Positions 26,432-38,329 of a stretch of DNA of 64,000 nt are shown here, piece by piece (position 1 is the stretch's first letter; the number at the start of each line of letters is the position of its first letter). Location: contig NC_045697.1 of assembly GCF_009834535.1 (NCBI RefSeq), positions 110,114,001 through 110,178,000 of the forward strand, in the 5' to 3' direction. The DNA comes from Camelus ferus (lineage: Eukaryota). The notes below the pieces were generated by a model. It did no database searches. It was not told the origin of the DNA and worked only from the letters and a program-made list of their open reading frames with translations. A program made the position numbers and the translations under genes.

Positions 26432-26619
26432 CTTAATGTGTAATTCCTTCCCAGGGAGGCACTGTGGGAAATACGGCCTGTTATCATTGATGTCCGTGAC
26501 TGAGACGTAAACCACCGTGGTGGCGTTTCGCGGTGGGGAGCCGTGGTCTGTCACTAGGACAGTCGCCTGATGGTGCACCTGCTGCTCGTGATCCAGCGCC
26601 ACCCAACTGATGAGTTCAC
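26432..26619 (-). CDS. DCHS2: DCHS2 coding exon (~exon 6), 188 nt, phase 1-0
   Basis: ctcctcag|GT...AAG|gtatgt; GELISWVALDHE...VTDINDNRPYFPQCLPGKELHIK. Confidence 0.95.
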
Positions 26620-27389
26620 CTGAGGAGCACAGAGCAGGAGGAGAGAGGCTGACACTTGTGCTAGCGTGGTGGCACTCTGAGCCACATCCAAACCAATCCC
26701 CAGAAAGCAGAATCAGACGCAGAGCTCTGAGGAAAAGCACAGCTCCCTAGACCACATACCTTAGTCATCTAGCTCTACTGTTGAAAGAGTTTTCTGAAGT
26801 TTCTCCTGCCACCTTCCATTTGGCCTTCTTTGTATTTCAAATGATCTACCGTCAACCATTCAACTAAAGAATGAATTCCTTTATGATTGGATTACCGCAT
26901 TCTGTTGATTCTTATCGTGCAGCTGGCTTTATTCCTTTGATAACTATGTCAGTTTAAAAAGCTAAAGCTCTAATCTGTTCTTAGAAACAATGATCAGTAC
27001 ATATATGTAAACTAAAAAAAGTTGCAGTATATTGTTTATATGCATTTACATGCAATATAATGTGTATGTGCAGTCAAACTGTAATCATTCTGCCTAATGA
27101 AAAGGAAAAAGGAAAATCAATCAATCAATCAAGAATGCATTCATGACAACAAATGATAAAAATACACCATGGGAATTTAGTAATAATTTAGAAGATTTCA
27201 AGTGACAGCACATCTCTCTTCATACTACCATACAGAATAATGGAGAGACTGAGGAGACCTCAGCTCAGACATCACTAGTTCTAGGCTTGGGTCCCAGTCT
27301 CTCCACCTCTGACACAGAAGGGCCTTTCTGAGCCTGCTTTCTAGGGCTATTGGGAACTAATTCAGTCATCAACTTAAAATTATTTTTCC

Positions 27390-27540
27390 GGGGGAAGGTC
27401 TAGCTCAGTGGTAGAGTGCATGCCTAGCAGGCACAAGGTCCTGGGCTTAATCCCCAGTACCTCCATTAAAAATAAATAAATAAATAAACCTCATGACCTC
27501 CCTCTTCCCCTCCCCCAAAAAAACCCAAAACAAACAAAAA
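27390..27540 (+). mobile_element. Vic-type camelid tRNA-derived SINE
   Basis: ggggaaggtctagctcagtggtagag (A box)...gggcttaatccccagtacctcc (B box), A-rich tail. Confidence 0.9.
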
Positions 27541-28142
27541 GGAGTATTTTGTAAGCTGTGAATTATTACGAACGAGGAAGTTGTTATCATTACTTTAAAA
27601 TAATGGCAAAATGTCTTCATGAAAATCAAATACCTTCCTTAGGTAACAGTGTGTCTTCTTTTGTATAGACTTATTCATTGTTATCTCACAGAATACATGT
27701 GTATGGATGATAGTGGCTTCCCAAAGAACTCCTCGTGCTTTACAAGGCATATTTTCCATACTCTTGCTCAGAGCTGTCCACTGGGGAACTTCCGTCATGT
27801 TTCATCCACAGAGACTCAGGCATAAAATCATAACTGCCTCTGCCTGTGGCCAAGGGCCTCTCCGGTGCCCCTCTCCTGCTGCAGAGCTCCACCAAGCATT
27901 AATTTCCTCACCATTTATGAAAATATCTATTTGTGAGAAAGTACACATAAAGCAACTACTACCTCACATGGCCATTTCTAAGATTCTTTGTCTTCTTCAT
28001 CCAAATGAAAGGACAATGTATAAAACAAAACAGTAACTGACATCAGGAACGGAAATGAAAATTCCTGTTTGGATAAGTTGCTGAATTGGTGACATTTTAG
28101 TGCAGTGTTTACTCTAGCAACTATATTTATAAGGTGTTTACT

Positions 28143-28363
28143 GAAGAGGGGAGGGTATAGCTCAGTGATAGAGAGCATGCTTAGCATGCACGAGGTCCTG
28201 AGCTCAACTTCCCAGTACTTCTGCTAAAAAAAAAATTTAAACAAATTTTTAAAAATTAAAAAAAAAAGAATGTGTATTTAGCATGCATGAGGTCCTGGGT
28301 TCAATCCCCAGTACCTCCATTAAAAAATAAATACATAAACTAATTATCTACCCATCCAAAAAA
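28143..28363 (+). mobile_element. Dimeric Vic-type SINE within one TSD
   Basis: Full head, A-rich linker, second partial head and tail; TSD ataaggtgtttact / ataaagtgtttact. Confidence 0.88.
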
Positions 28364-29229
28364 ATAAAGTGTTTACTATAAATGTGATTCTAACAAAAAT
28401 TACAAAGTCAATCACTGCATTTTTAAATTTCCAAAAGGTAATTCTCCTCAGAAAGCCCTAAGTTCTGAATGGCAAACAGATTTTTATTTGATGAACCAAC
28501 TCCGACTGACTGGAGGCCAATGTTGTTAAAGATCGGAAGGCTCAGCCTGGGGCTGGGCATGGGGGTGCCAGGCAGGGCTCTGTGGAAGCAGGGGTTCTGG
28601 TCACGGTAAGGACCGCTCAGAGCCCCGGATGTGGAGGACAGACACGGGCGGAGGATGCCCTCAACCCCTGTGCCGCCACCCTGCCCCTAGTCTTGGTGAA
28701 TAGGAACAGTTTAGGAGTATGCAGCCTTTCAAGCCCCTTCATACACTTCCAGTCCTCATCCCCCAGAGCAAGATGTCAGACAGGGCAGGAATTCTCTTCT
28801 TTAGAATTTAGGAAGCCGCGCCCTGAAGGGAAGCTACTTGCTGAAAACCATACAATTCTAGGGATGGACACCGGGTCTTCTGAGTCTGGGCACTGGACTA
28901 CTTGTGGGACAGAGAAGATCGTGGGGGAACCAACTGTATATTTTATCTCAAAAAACAAATTCCCGAGTGAAACAGAAGACCTAGAAAACTACTTAGTGCA
29001 GGGCGGTAAAGAGCCAGCCGGGCCATCCTGGGCAGCCAAGCAGTTTGTGCCCTGCAGGGTGTCCGAGCTCAGGAACCAGTGGAAGCTGAGCTCCAGTTTG
29101 CAAGAATCTAGGCCGGTCTTGTGCCCTGGTGTGAGGCTCCATCTACTGGAGGAAGGGGCGCGTTTCCTAATTCACAAAACAGGCACTCTGAAGCTAAGCA
29201 GAACTGAATTCAAACTCTATTCCAAGGTA

Positions 29230-29430
29230 GAGCAAGGGGCACCACTTACAAGGTCTACAGCATGAATGGTGCCTCCTGGGATTGTACAAAGTGGTGACCA
29301 TTTCTCGCTTCTTTCTAGCTCCCTGACCTTGGGCATGTTACTTGACCTTTCCAGGTCTCAGCTTCTCCAGCCATATGGTTGCAGTGTAAACATAATTCAC
29401 TTGTGGGCAGTTGCAGGAACTCAGTAAAGT
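29230..29430. mobile_element. MER91-like fragment followed by MIR fragment
   Basis: ggggcacca...tgaatggtgcctcctgggattgtaca; tgaccttgggcatgttacttgacctt..ctcagcttctc. Confidence 0.5.
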
Positions 29431-29994
29431 CCTTGCAAATTTATACAACATCAATTTTAAAATACAAGAACATTTGTATTTTTAATTTCATAATTAAGAC
29501 TTGAAAAAACCTCAGTGTAAATATTAACCCTTTCCCCATGGTTTCTTCATCAAAATGAGAATGGGAAAATACACAAAAAGAGTGATTTTGTAATCTTAAC
29601 TAAGGGATTATTCCCTAGTTTTGCATCCATGACATCTATATTTTAAAAAATATTATTTGAAAAATTTTAAAGACATCTACAAATGAAAAAGAATGGTTGA
29701 GGGGAAATTAGACTTTACTTGAAGATTTCTTCAGTTCGGTTCTGACTGTACCCCTAATTCAAAACCAGAACCATATATACGGACAGTATGTGGGTTTGAG
29801 GCAAGAGAAGTATGAATCACTATGGGGAAAATTCTATTCAATTTTGTACTTCACTTTAAAATCACAATACTATCATCAAATAAGGTATTAAAACTGTCAC
29901 TTTAACTATATGTTTGCACTAATGTTACAACCAAAAGATGTGAGTTTTTTCAATTCCAATTTGAAAGAAATAAGCACAAGCTACAATATGCTAC

Positions 29995-31011
29995 CTGTAT
30001 TAGGATTCATCTTGAAGAATTTTCCATCAGACAAAAGGAAATATGTCAGTTGTCCATTCTTGCCCGCGTCTCTGTCACTTGCTGTAATTTTGCCTATTAC
30101 CCCTTGGGGAACAGGGCTCTCCTCCACTTTCAAAAACAAGACATCATGCAAGAAGGTAGGGGAATTGTCATTCTCATCCAGGACATGAACAATTACCGAA
30201 GTGCTCACATTTTGCGACACTCTGTCCTCCGGGATCCAGGCAAACACTCTAAAACTGTGTGTTTGTGTGGATTCATGGTCGAGGTGCTGCCGCAGGTAGA
30301 CCCAGCCCGTGTCGGGGCGGACGCCGAACGCGGCCGAGTGCGCGCTGGGCTGGAGCGCGTACCGCGGCCGGGAGCGTGCGCGCCGCGGGCCAAGCGGCCG
30401 GGCCTGGATCCGCAGCACTGGGGTCATCAGTGAGAGAGCCTCACTGACTTCCACCTGATAGACTAAATGCTCAAAAGTCAGCGATGGGCTTGGTTCTTGC
30501 TTTTCAATGATGACCGTCAGCACCAACAGGGAAGCCCGAGGAGGGAGGCCGAGATCCTGGGCCACGAGGGTCAGCGTGCACTTCCGGGGCCCCCCGGCCC
30601 CCAGGCTCTGGTTGAGGTACACCACACCAAGCCCCGAGTCCACGGAAAAGATGCTCGGGGTCTGGCTGGCAACGGCGTAGCGGACCAACCCACTGGGCCC
30701 GCTGTCTTTGTCCTCCGCGCGGGCGCGGTACAAGGCTGTGCCGGGCGGTGTGGTCCAGGATATGGTCACCTCGTCGGAGGCTTTGGGAAACACTGGATGG
30801 TTGTCATTGACATCGACCACGGTGATGTTGACCTCGGTGCTGCTGCAGGCTGGGGAGTTGCCGAGCTGCGCCTGGACCGTGAGCACAACCACGGGCTGCG
30901 TTTCGTGATCCAGAGGCTTCCGGGTTCGAATGGTGCCCAGCCACGGGTGAATGGAGAACTTCCCATCCAGATCACCAGAGGAGATCCTGTAAAAAATTGG
31001 CTCTGAGGAAT
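29995..31011 (-). CDS. DCHS2: DCHS2 coding exon (~exon 5), 1017 nt, phase 1-1
   Basis: ttttcag|AT...ACAG|gtagca; SSEPIFYRISSGD...PLDHE...VDVNDNHP...LDENDNSP...FKMNPNT. Confidence 0.96.
30280..30960. promoter_or_regulatory. Exonic CpG island within DCHS2 exon ~5
   Basis: Very CpG-dense (e.g. gcgtgcgcgccgcgggccaagcggccggg) against AT-rich flanks. Confidence 0.75.
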
Positions 31012-31423
31012 CTGAAAAATAGGAAAACAGAGAAAGGAAAAAGAACAAGAGACAGCAGTCACTCTATGCCAAAAGAATGCACCTCAGTGGAAACACTGAG
31101 AACAAAAAGCGTTCATGCGTATTACATCCACAGAGAAGACCATACAATGTCACATCTTCTTCCCGCTCTCCAGCGTCTGTTTCAGATGTACAAGTGGACA
31201 AAGGTAATGTCCAATGGACAAGGAGTAAGTCACGGTTTTCACCATCTTCCTTCCTTTTTCTTGCATTAAAAGGGAAAGATGTTAAAAAAAATGTGGATGC
31301 CTGTTTTATATTCTATTTTATATATCTGAAGTAGCAAAGTCAAGTTTATGCTGATGTTTCTCTATGATGCCTACCAATAAATGACAAATACCCTCCCCAA
31401 AAGTTAAGACAAGGAGGAAGGAT

Positions 31424-31444
31424 GGGTTAGGGTTAGGGTTAGGG
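31424..31444 (+). repeat. Interstitial telomeric motif GGG(TTAGGG)3
   Basis: gggttagggttagggttaggg, exact. Confidence 0.95.
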
Positions 31445-32023
31445 AGCAGGACAAGATCTTTGGACAATTAATTCACTTCTAGGAATTTATCTTGTAGGGA
31501 AACCTCTATAAGTCATGTAAGGATATTTGCCTGAGTATTATTTGGACCAGCAAAAATGACTGTAAATCATTCAAATTAATAGTAAAAGAAAATGTTCAAA
31601 TAAAATATATTTTATATCCAAGTTGAAATACTAGGAAACTTTTTTTTTAATGAGACAGAATGATGTTCAGTTACTTGGAAAACTGTCCACCATATACAAA
31701 GTAGGCGGGTGGGGGGTGTGTGGCAGGGAAATGGTAGTTATAGAACAACAAAGACAGTAGGACATATTTTCATAAAATATTTTTGGAAGTGTGTTTGTGT
31801 GTTTTGGAGAGTGGGTTAAAAGTACGTATTATTTTTGTGATTAGAAAAAGAAAATGCAGGATAGAAATCACGTTGAAAAAGAACAAAGTGCAAGCCACAG
31901 ATTGAACTGTCTCAGTTCCTGCACGGAGAAAAGGAAAGATTTATTCAAGACTGTACAGCCTGAGGAAATACAGGAAATGTTCCAATAATGGACTTCAAGG
32001 CGGCCTGAGAAGTCAGTACTTAC

Positions 32024-32260
32024 TCAAGGACTCCTTTGCTTTCACTGTTCCCACAGGACTGTCTTCGGGCGCATCTTCATAAACTGAGAAAGTATACTTA
32101 GGCCTTTCAAACTGAGCAGGCGCCAGTGTCGTCTGAAGAATGTGTATAGTGACTTCGGCATTAGTGACAGAAGTGAGGCCACCACCATCTCGAGCACAGA
32201 CCAGCAGCAAAAGTGTACTGGATTCCAAATGACTAACAGTTGATGTTAAGTAAATAATCC
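32024..32260 (-). CDS. DCHS2: DCHS2 coding exon (~exon 4), 237 nt, phase 1-1
   Basis: ctacccag|GG...TTGA|gtaagt; GIIYLTSTVSHLESSTLLLLVCARDGGGL...FERPKYTFSVYEDAPEDSPVGTVKAKESL. Confidence 0.95.
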
Positions 32261-32342
32261 CTGGGTAGGGGAAAGAGGAGATTAAAATCAGATCACATGC
32301 AGTAAATACTGATCAGCAATAGTAACACCTGCTCTGTTGATG

Positions 32343-32860
32343 CTGCCATGATGGTTAATTCATGTGTCCACTTGAATGGCCCATGGCGTGCCCAAATACT
32401 GAGTCAAACGTTATGCTGTATGTTTTTGGATGAGAGTAACATTTCAACAGGAAGACTGAGTCCAACAGACTGGCCTCCCTGTTGTTGGTGGGCCTCATGC
32501 AGTCAGTTGAAGGCCTGACCAGAACAAAAGGACTGGCCCTCCCTCAATTAGGGGAGAGTCCTCCTGCCTGACTGCCTTTGATTTGGGACATTGGTTTTTT
32601 GTTTTCTTTCTTTTTTCTTTTTTTCCCTGGCCAAACTGAAACACTGGCTCTTCCTGAGTCCTGAGATGGCTAGCCTTCAGCCTGGAATCACACCCTTGAT
32701 TCTCTGGGTCTCAAGTTGACCCAACTCACCTGTAAATTTTGGAATCTGTTAACCTCCATGATCACATGACTAATTCCTTATGAGAAATCTCTCTGTGTCT
32801 ATCCGCATATGCCTTCAGGTTTAGATATCTCCTATTGGTTCCATTTCTCTGGAGAACACG
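32343..32860. mobile_element. MLT2 (ERVL) solo LTR
   Basis: tgatggttaattcatgtgtccacttg...cctattggttccatttctctggagaac. Confidence 0.8.
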
Positions 32861-34019
32861 TCTACTGTCTACTCAAGGAACTTGAACATCTTTACAAAAG
32901 GATGGTCCAAATTCTGTCAAGTAAGCAACATTTCCAAGAGCTTCAACACTAGATGTCTTGGAAGTATATCAAGTCACCAAAAAACATCAACTGTGCTGCC
33001 TTGGTTAGAACTTACTCCCGCAGCAGCAGCCCTGGCTGACGGAACTGGGGGGGGTACACCTCATAATCTGAGGTAGCCCGGGCTGGCACAGGGCTGTGGG
33101 GTGATCACAATCCGCCCAGGCACGAACCCTAAGTCTACAGATGAAACTAACATTTTATTTTCTGGTGTATTTGACATCTGCCCTGAACAGGGCTGTGTGG
33201 GGCAGCTCTCTTGTTCAAAGAACTCCATCCTCTTCGTTGGTGTGTTGGACAATTGGCCATAAGTATTAGTGAAATGAAGGATTTCTGCAGCTTTTGGCAA
33301 AAACAATGATCAGTTTTCTAGGCATAAAAAGGTAACATCCATTCAATTTATTTATTTTAAGTCAAATCTGCCCTCTTATAACTCCAACTCCTTGTTCTTG
33401 TCTCCCTTGGACATTTAGTGAAATCTGTCTTATTTCTCTTTGGCATAACATGTCATCAATAACCAAAGCCAAGTATCTCACTGGACCTGCCCCAGGCACA
33501 ACATCCCCATTTTCTTCTTATCTGACATTATTTTATGTCATTTCACTTGCAGTTCCTTTCTCCTGAACACGCTCCAAGTTGATCAGGGAACACATAGTTC
33601 CAGAGACAATCAGACTGTAACAAAGAAGAGTTTTAACACTCTTTCTTGGAATACTTACAAAATACGAACGTAACCAAACATTATCATACCAGCTTTTAGC
33701 GGCCATGTGAGAATTGGTGTCCACACTGGTTTGGTGTTCCACCAAGGCTCTCAATACTCAGCACAATAATTTCTAAGTCAGATCCTTCCCTTCAATAACA
33801 GATTAGCTTCCGATCAAGTCTATGCTTGATTAAAAACCACAACTCAGATAATACAAAAGTGTCTGTGTGCAGAAGAAAATGAAAAGTCTCTCTACCCCCA
33901 ATTATTCCCCACTCCCTGGGTGTATAATCTTCCAGAGCTAACTCAAATTCAATTATTGAGAAATATTCAATTATTGAGAAATATTATGGAGAAATCACTC
34001 CTGGTGATTATGACAATGA

Positions 34020-34560
34020 AAAGATTATCAACTAGACCGCAAGCTGGTCTTCCTGCCTTCAGACTGACTCCTTCTAAACCATTTTTCAGACTTGTATTAG
34101 AATTGTCTCCCTAAAATCCAAATCTAGACGTATCAGTGCTTCGCGCAGCTTTTCAGGTGACATCCTCATGCCTCATCATAACAACCAAGCCACTCAACAG
34201 TTAGCGCTGTTTCCCACCTCCGTGGCCCCATCTCACCACTCTCTGTACAGGGCCTTCTGCTCTCGACACAGTGGACTATTTCTAACTTCCAGAATAGACC
34301 TTGCTTTTTCCATTCGGATGGCTGTCTCTCCTTCCTGGAACAACTTCTTCACCTTCTTTGACTGAATGATTTCTACTCCTATTTGAAAGCACAGCTCAAG
34401 TTTCACGTGGTACAGGGGGCCTTCTCTTAGCTTCCACTTTGCTTTAGATACCACTCTCCTGTGATCCCACAGTGGCCTGTTATAAATTTAGCACGTTGTA
34501 CTTTAACAGTTTTTATCTTTTTAGCATTCATTCACTTACTCATTCATTTACTCGATGGCT
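34020..34560. mobile_element. L2 fossil
   Basis: Pyrimidine-rich L2 body with a cattcattcacttactcattcattt repeat. Confidence 0.5.
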
Positions 34561-35504
34561 TATAAATAAAATCAAAAGACAACGTTTTGAGAATACATAA
34601 ACAACTCAGTATCCATAATAAATATGGCGTTCTGTAAGGAAGGTGAAAGAATACAAAAAAAACCCAAAGTCAGGTTCGCAGTGGGTAAGGGCAGGTAACC
34701 CAGATCATAAAGAATAAGCTGGGAACAAATATGATGGTATTCAAACTCATTAAAAATAACGGAAATGCAAAATTAAAAACAGCTACCTCTTGTTTTCACC
34801 TCCAATGTTTGCTAAAATGTTTAAGTGATAATATGCAGGGTTAATAAAGGATGTACACTGTCCAAAAGGCATGTCGGCAATGTTTATCCAAAAGGAAGTT
34901 ATTCACATTCAGGAACCTAGAAATATACCCTGTATATTTCATAATACATGTACATTAAGTGCTCTGTATATACATATATATAATATACATAAAATATATG
35001 TACATAGGTGCTCTGTAAATATACATAATATATACACATAAGGGCTCTGAAATAAATGGACAGGCTGTCCTTTGCAACACTGCAAACGACTTCAGTATCC
35101 ATTTAGAACAGTAGGAAAGGTTCACTATGTAGCACCCAAAATGAAGGAAAGATACATGTTCTCATCTAAAAAGATTTTATATGTTATATTTTATATAAAG
35201 TTGTAAAGAATATAGTATAATCCAGTGTGTTAAAAAAATTAGTAATCCTTAAACATTTAAACAATGGCATATCTCTACTGTGAAAAATTCATGAAGTGCT
35301 GCTAAGGGGCAGTGTTAGATTACGGAACAATATGTAAAGTAAAATCATAACCACTAGTGCATACCTTGTGTGCACACACACACAGAAATAGGCACACTGG
35401 AAAATATGGAAGGGTCTGAGCAACTATGGAGAGAGCTCATCTCTGTGGGGTGAGATTAGGGACAGACCACTTTCTACTCCGTTACTGTAGTTCTAATGAG
35501 CATA

Positions 35505-35840
35505 TGTGCTATGGACTGAATTGTATCTGCCCAAAATTCGATAGGTTGAAAGCCTAGCCCCCAGCATCGCTGTATCTGGATTAAGAAAGTAATTAGGGTT
35601 AAATGAGGTCATAAGGGTGGACCCCTGATCCTACAGGATTAGTGTCCTTGTAAGCGGAGACAACAGAGAGCTCACTCTCTCCCCATTATATGAGAACACA
35701 AGAGTCCTCACCAGGAACTACATCAGCCAGGACCTTGATCTCAGACTCCCAGCTTCCAGAAATGTGAGAAATAAATGCTATTGTTTACAACACCCAGTCT
35801 GCAGTATTTTGTTATAGCAGCTCGAGCTAAATAAAGCACG
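35505..35840. mobile_element. MLT1/MST (MaLR) solo LTR
   Basis: tgctatggactgaattgt...ttaaatgaggtcataagggtgg...tattttgttatagcagc. Confidence 0.85.
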
Positions 35841-38329
35841 ATGTTAACTTTGTAATTAGAAATTATATATATATGTATATATATATATATGTATGTATAT
35901 GTAATGTTAAAGATATTCAGAAAAAGAAGATATGCTTATTACCAAAAAATTATACCACCTCTGTTTAAAACTTGTATACTTGCATACTATGGTGAGGATC
36001 TAGACTGGACATTAAAATATGTATTTTAAAATAATTGCACAAAAGTCTTCTCCAGAAACAGAATTCTTATTTATTATGTAAAAGTCTTCAAGGATGCGTA
36101 ACAATGGAAATGTCAGAAGAAGCAAATGAAGATATTTAGGAGAAGCTGGATTCAGTTAAATGAATCCCTGAAGTTGAGGTAAACGTGCTCTGTAGAAATT
36201 ATCTACATGTGATTCCCAGATGCAAACAAAAATAATGTTACCAACGCTCAAATTACTAGCAAAATGGGCCCCAACAACATATGGCATATTGTGAAGTCTA
36301 ATAAAATTAATATCTGTACTATATTCACTCAATTTAAAAGCATTATCACTGGTAAAAATCATCTAGGGTTTAATAAGCCCCATCCCCAAATTCCCAAACT
36401 GGTATTTTAAATGGAGATAATTTAATAATGAAGTTTGGGGTCTCAATGATTTGACAATGGGGAGCATTGTCAAATGCAACACATAAGTTGTACGTTATTT
36501 TCATTATTTTATCCTTGACGCCACACAGAATGTTATTCCCTGTAGCAAAATTAACCTCATTTTTTAAACCAAATTTCACTGAAGAACGTCCATCTCATCT
36601 GTCATACTGCTGGTTGTCAACAAATTTGAAGGGAAGGAAAAGGAAGAGAAAGGGAGACACTGTGGCAGATACAGAGGGTTGCACAAATATGACTTTGTCA
36701 AGAAATTTCACATGGAAGAAACATATACCAACTGATCAATAACTAAACGCCAACAAAGTTGATTAGTAAGAACTGGCAGTTCCAGCCGAGCATGCGGCAA
36801 CACACTTAAAAACTACGTGTAAACAGTGAAGCACCGCACAATGTAAGCTATTGTAACCAGCGCTTGGCGTGGAACCTTGCATCTAGTAGCCATTCACGGA
36901 AATGAATTCATGTGGGGCAGGGTCAGAAGTCTTACTTCCCAAAGGGGAGTGCCTTGTTTAGAAAAAAAATTTTAAGTCTTTTAAAACAAATAACACTATA
37001 TAAGTGCCTGACCATACAAGGTAATTCCTTCCAACTTCATTTTTTCACTAGGTTTTAAAAGAAAATGCCCATTATCTTACCCCTCTGGGTCTCATTTTAC
37101 CAAAGTCTCAGAAGGATGGCCACTGCTCTAGGGTTCTGCAGTAAGATATTTTACTCACATGTACACACACACATATACACACATACATTTATATACGTAC
37201 ATACATGTACACACATAAACATCTATATATACCTACATACACATATTTGTGTGTATATATATTTTTAATATGTGTGTATTATATATATGTGTGTATGTGT
37301 GTATATATATATAATATAAATGTTGATCTATCCAAAATTCCTCTGTAATTATGGGAGAGTCAATAATGCATGAAGAAGAAACCTATTCATTAATGCTAAG
37401 ATCCAATTACTTTCTCTACATCATCATGGATGGCATTGATTTCTGTGAATGCCCAGGGACTGTCATGGTTTTACCTTCCTCATTTATAAATCAGGAGGAT
37501 GATAATCCCTCAGCAATCTTAGACAGGATGAGTTACTGTCTGAAAATGTTCAATTCTTGGAATAACTATTTCAGAAGCCCCAAATTTTAGGATTTCTAAA
37601 ATTTGTCAAAAAGTGTTTACGAAACAAAAGTATTGTACTAAACTGATAATAACAAACCAAAGGAAGGCAACACCAGTGGTAAACACACTTGTCTTTGGAC
37701 GTGCATGGCTTTGTTGCACTGAGACGAAACAGTCGATGATGGAAAGACCTAAGCAGGGCCACTCAGTCATGTATTAGGAGATGTGTGTGCTTGCATATTC
37801 ATATCCTCTTTTGTTTATCTAAATATATGACAAGTACTTGTTTCAGTCAGGAGCCAATCAGGAAAACAGAAACCACTCTAGGGATTTCAGAGGCTATTTA
37901 GTTAAAGAAATTGACTACACTTGCATGTGAAGCTAAAGGAGTAAGAAGGGGCAGAGGAGTAGTAACTGCAGGAAGCAGGGAGCTTCTCCAAGGCTGCAGA
38001 AACACAAAGGGAGAGGCAGTGGTACTACCTCTGCCACAAGGAAGAGGAAGATGAGCTGCGATGGGTCTGACTTCTGGGGTAGCACTGAATGGATGGTACC
38101 CAATGCTCCAAAGCATCTCTTTGCAGCTAATATTCAAATGTCTGAGACAGAGTGACTCACGGGTGGTGTTCAAACCTTCAATGGCAAGGCCAGCAGGTGC
38201 TCAAATCACCTGGGAGAAGGCACGGTGAGGGTGGTGCTTACTGCCCAAGGGGCCACTGCAAGGCTGGTGCAGCTGGTGGTGGCCCCTCTGAGGGGAGTGT
38301 GTTCTCATAAAAAGGAAAATGAGAAACTG

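Noticed and set aside
27390..27470. tRNA genes at the A/B-box sequences (also 28143, 51685, 52223, 62375)
   Set aside because: A-rich tails, TSDs in most copies and divergence identify them as SINEs.
28582..29265. 227-aa plus-strand ORF
   Set aside because: GTG start, no recognisable domain, runs into repeat fossils.
19446..31006. Plus-strand ORFs antisense to exons (19446-19997, 30050-30433, 30467-31006; also 99-619)
   Set aside because: Shadow ORFs of GC-rich coding exons.
33947..33982. 18-bp tandem duplication (also a 9-bp x3 repeat at 26281-26308)
   Set aside because: Ordinary slippage duplications; no spacers or array structure.
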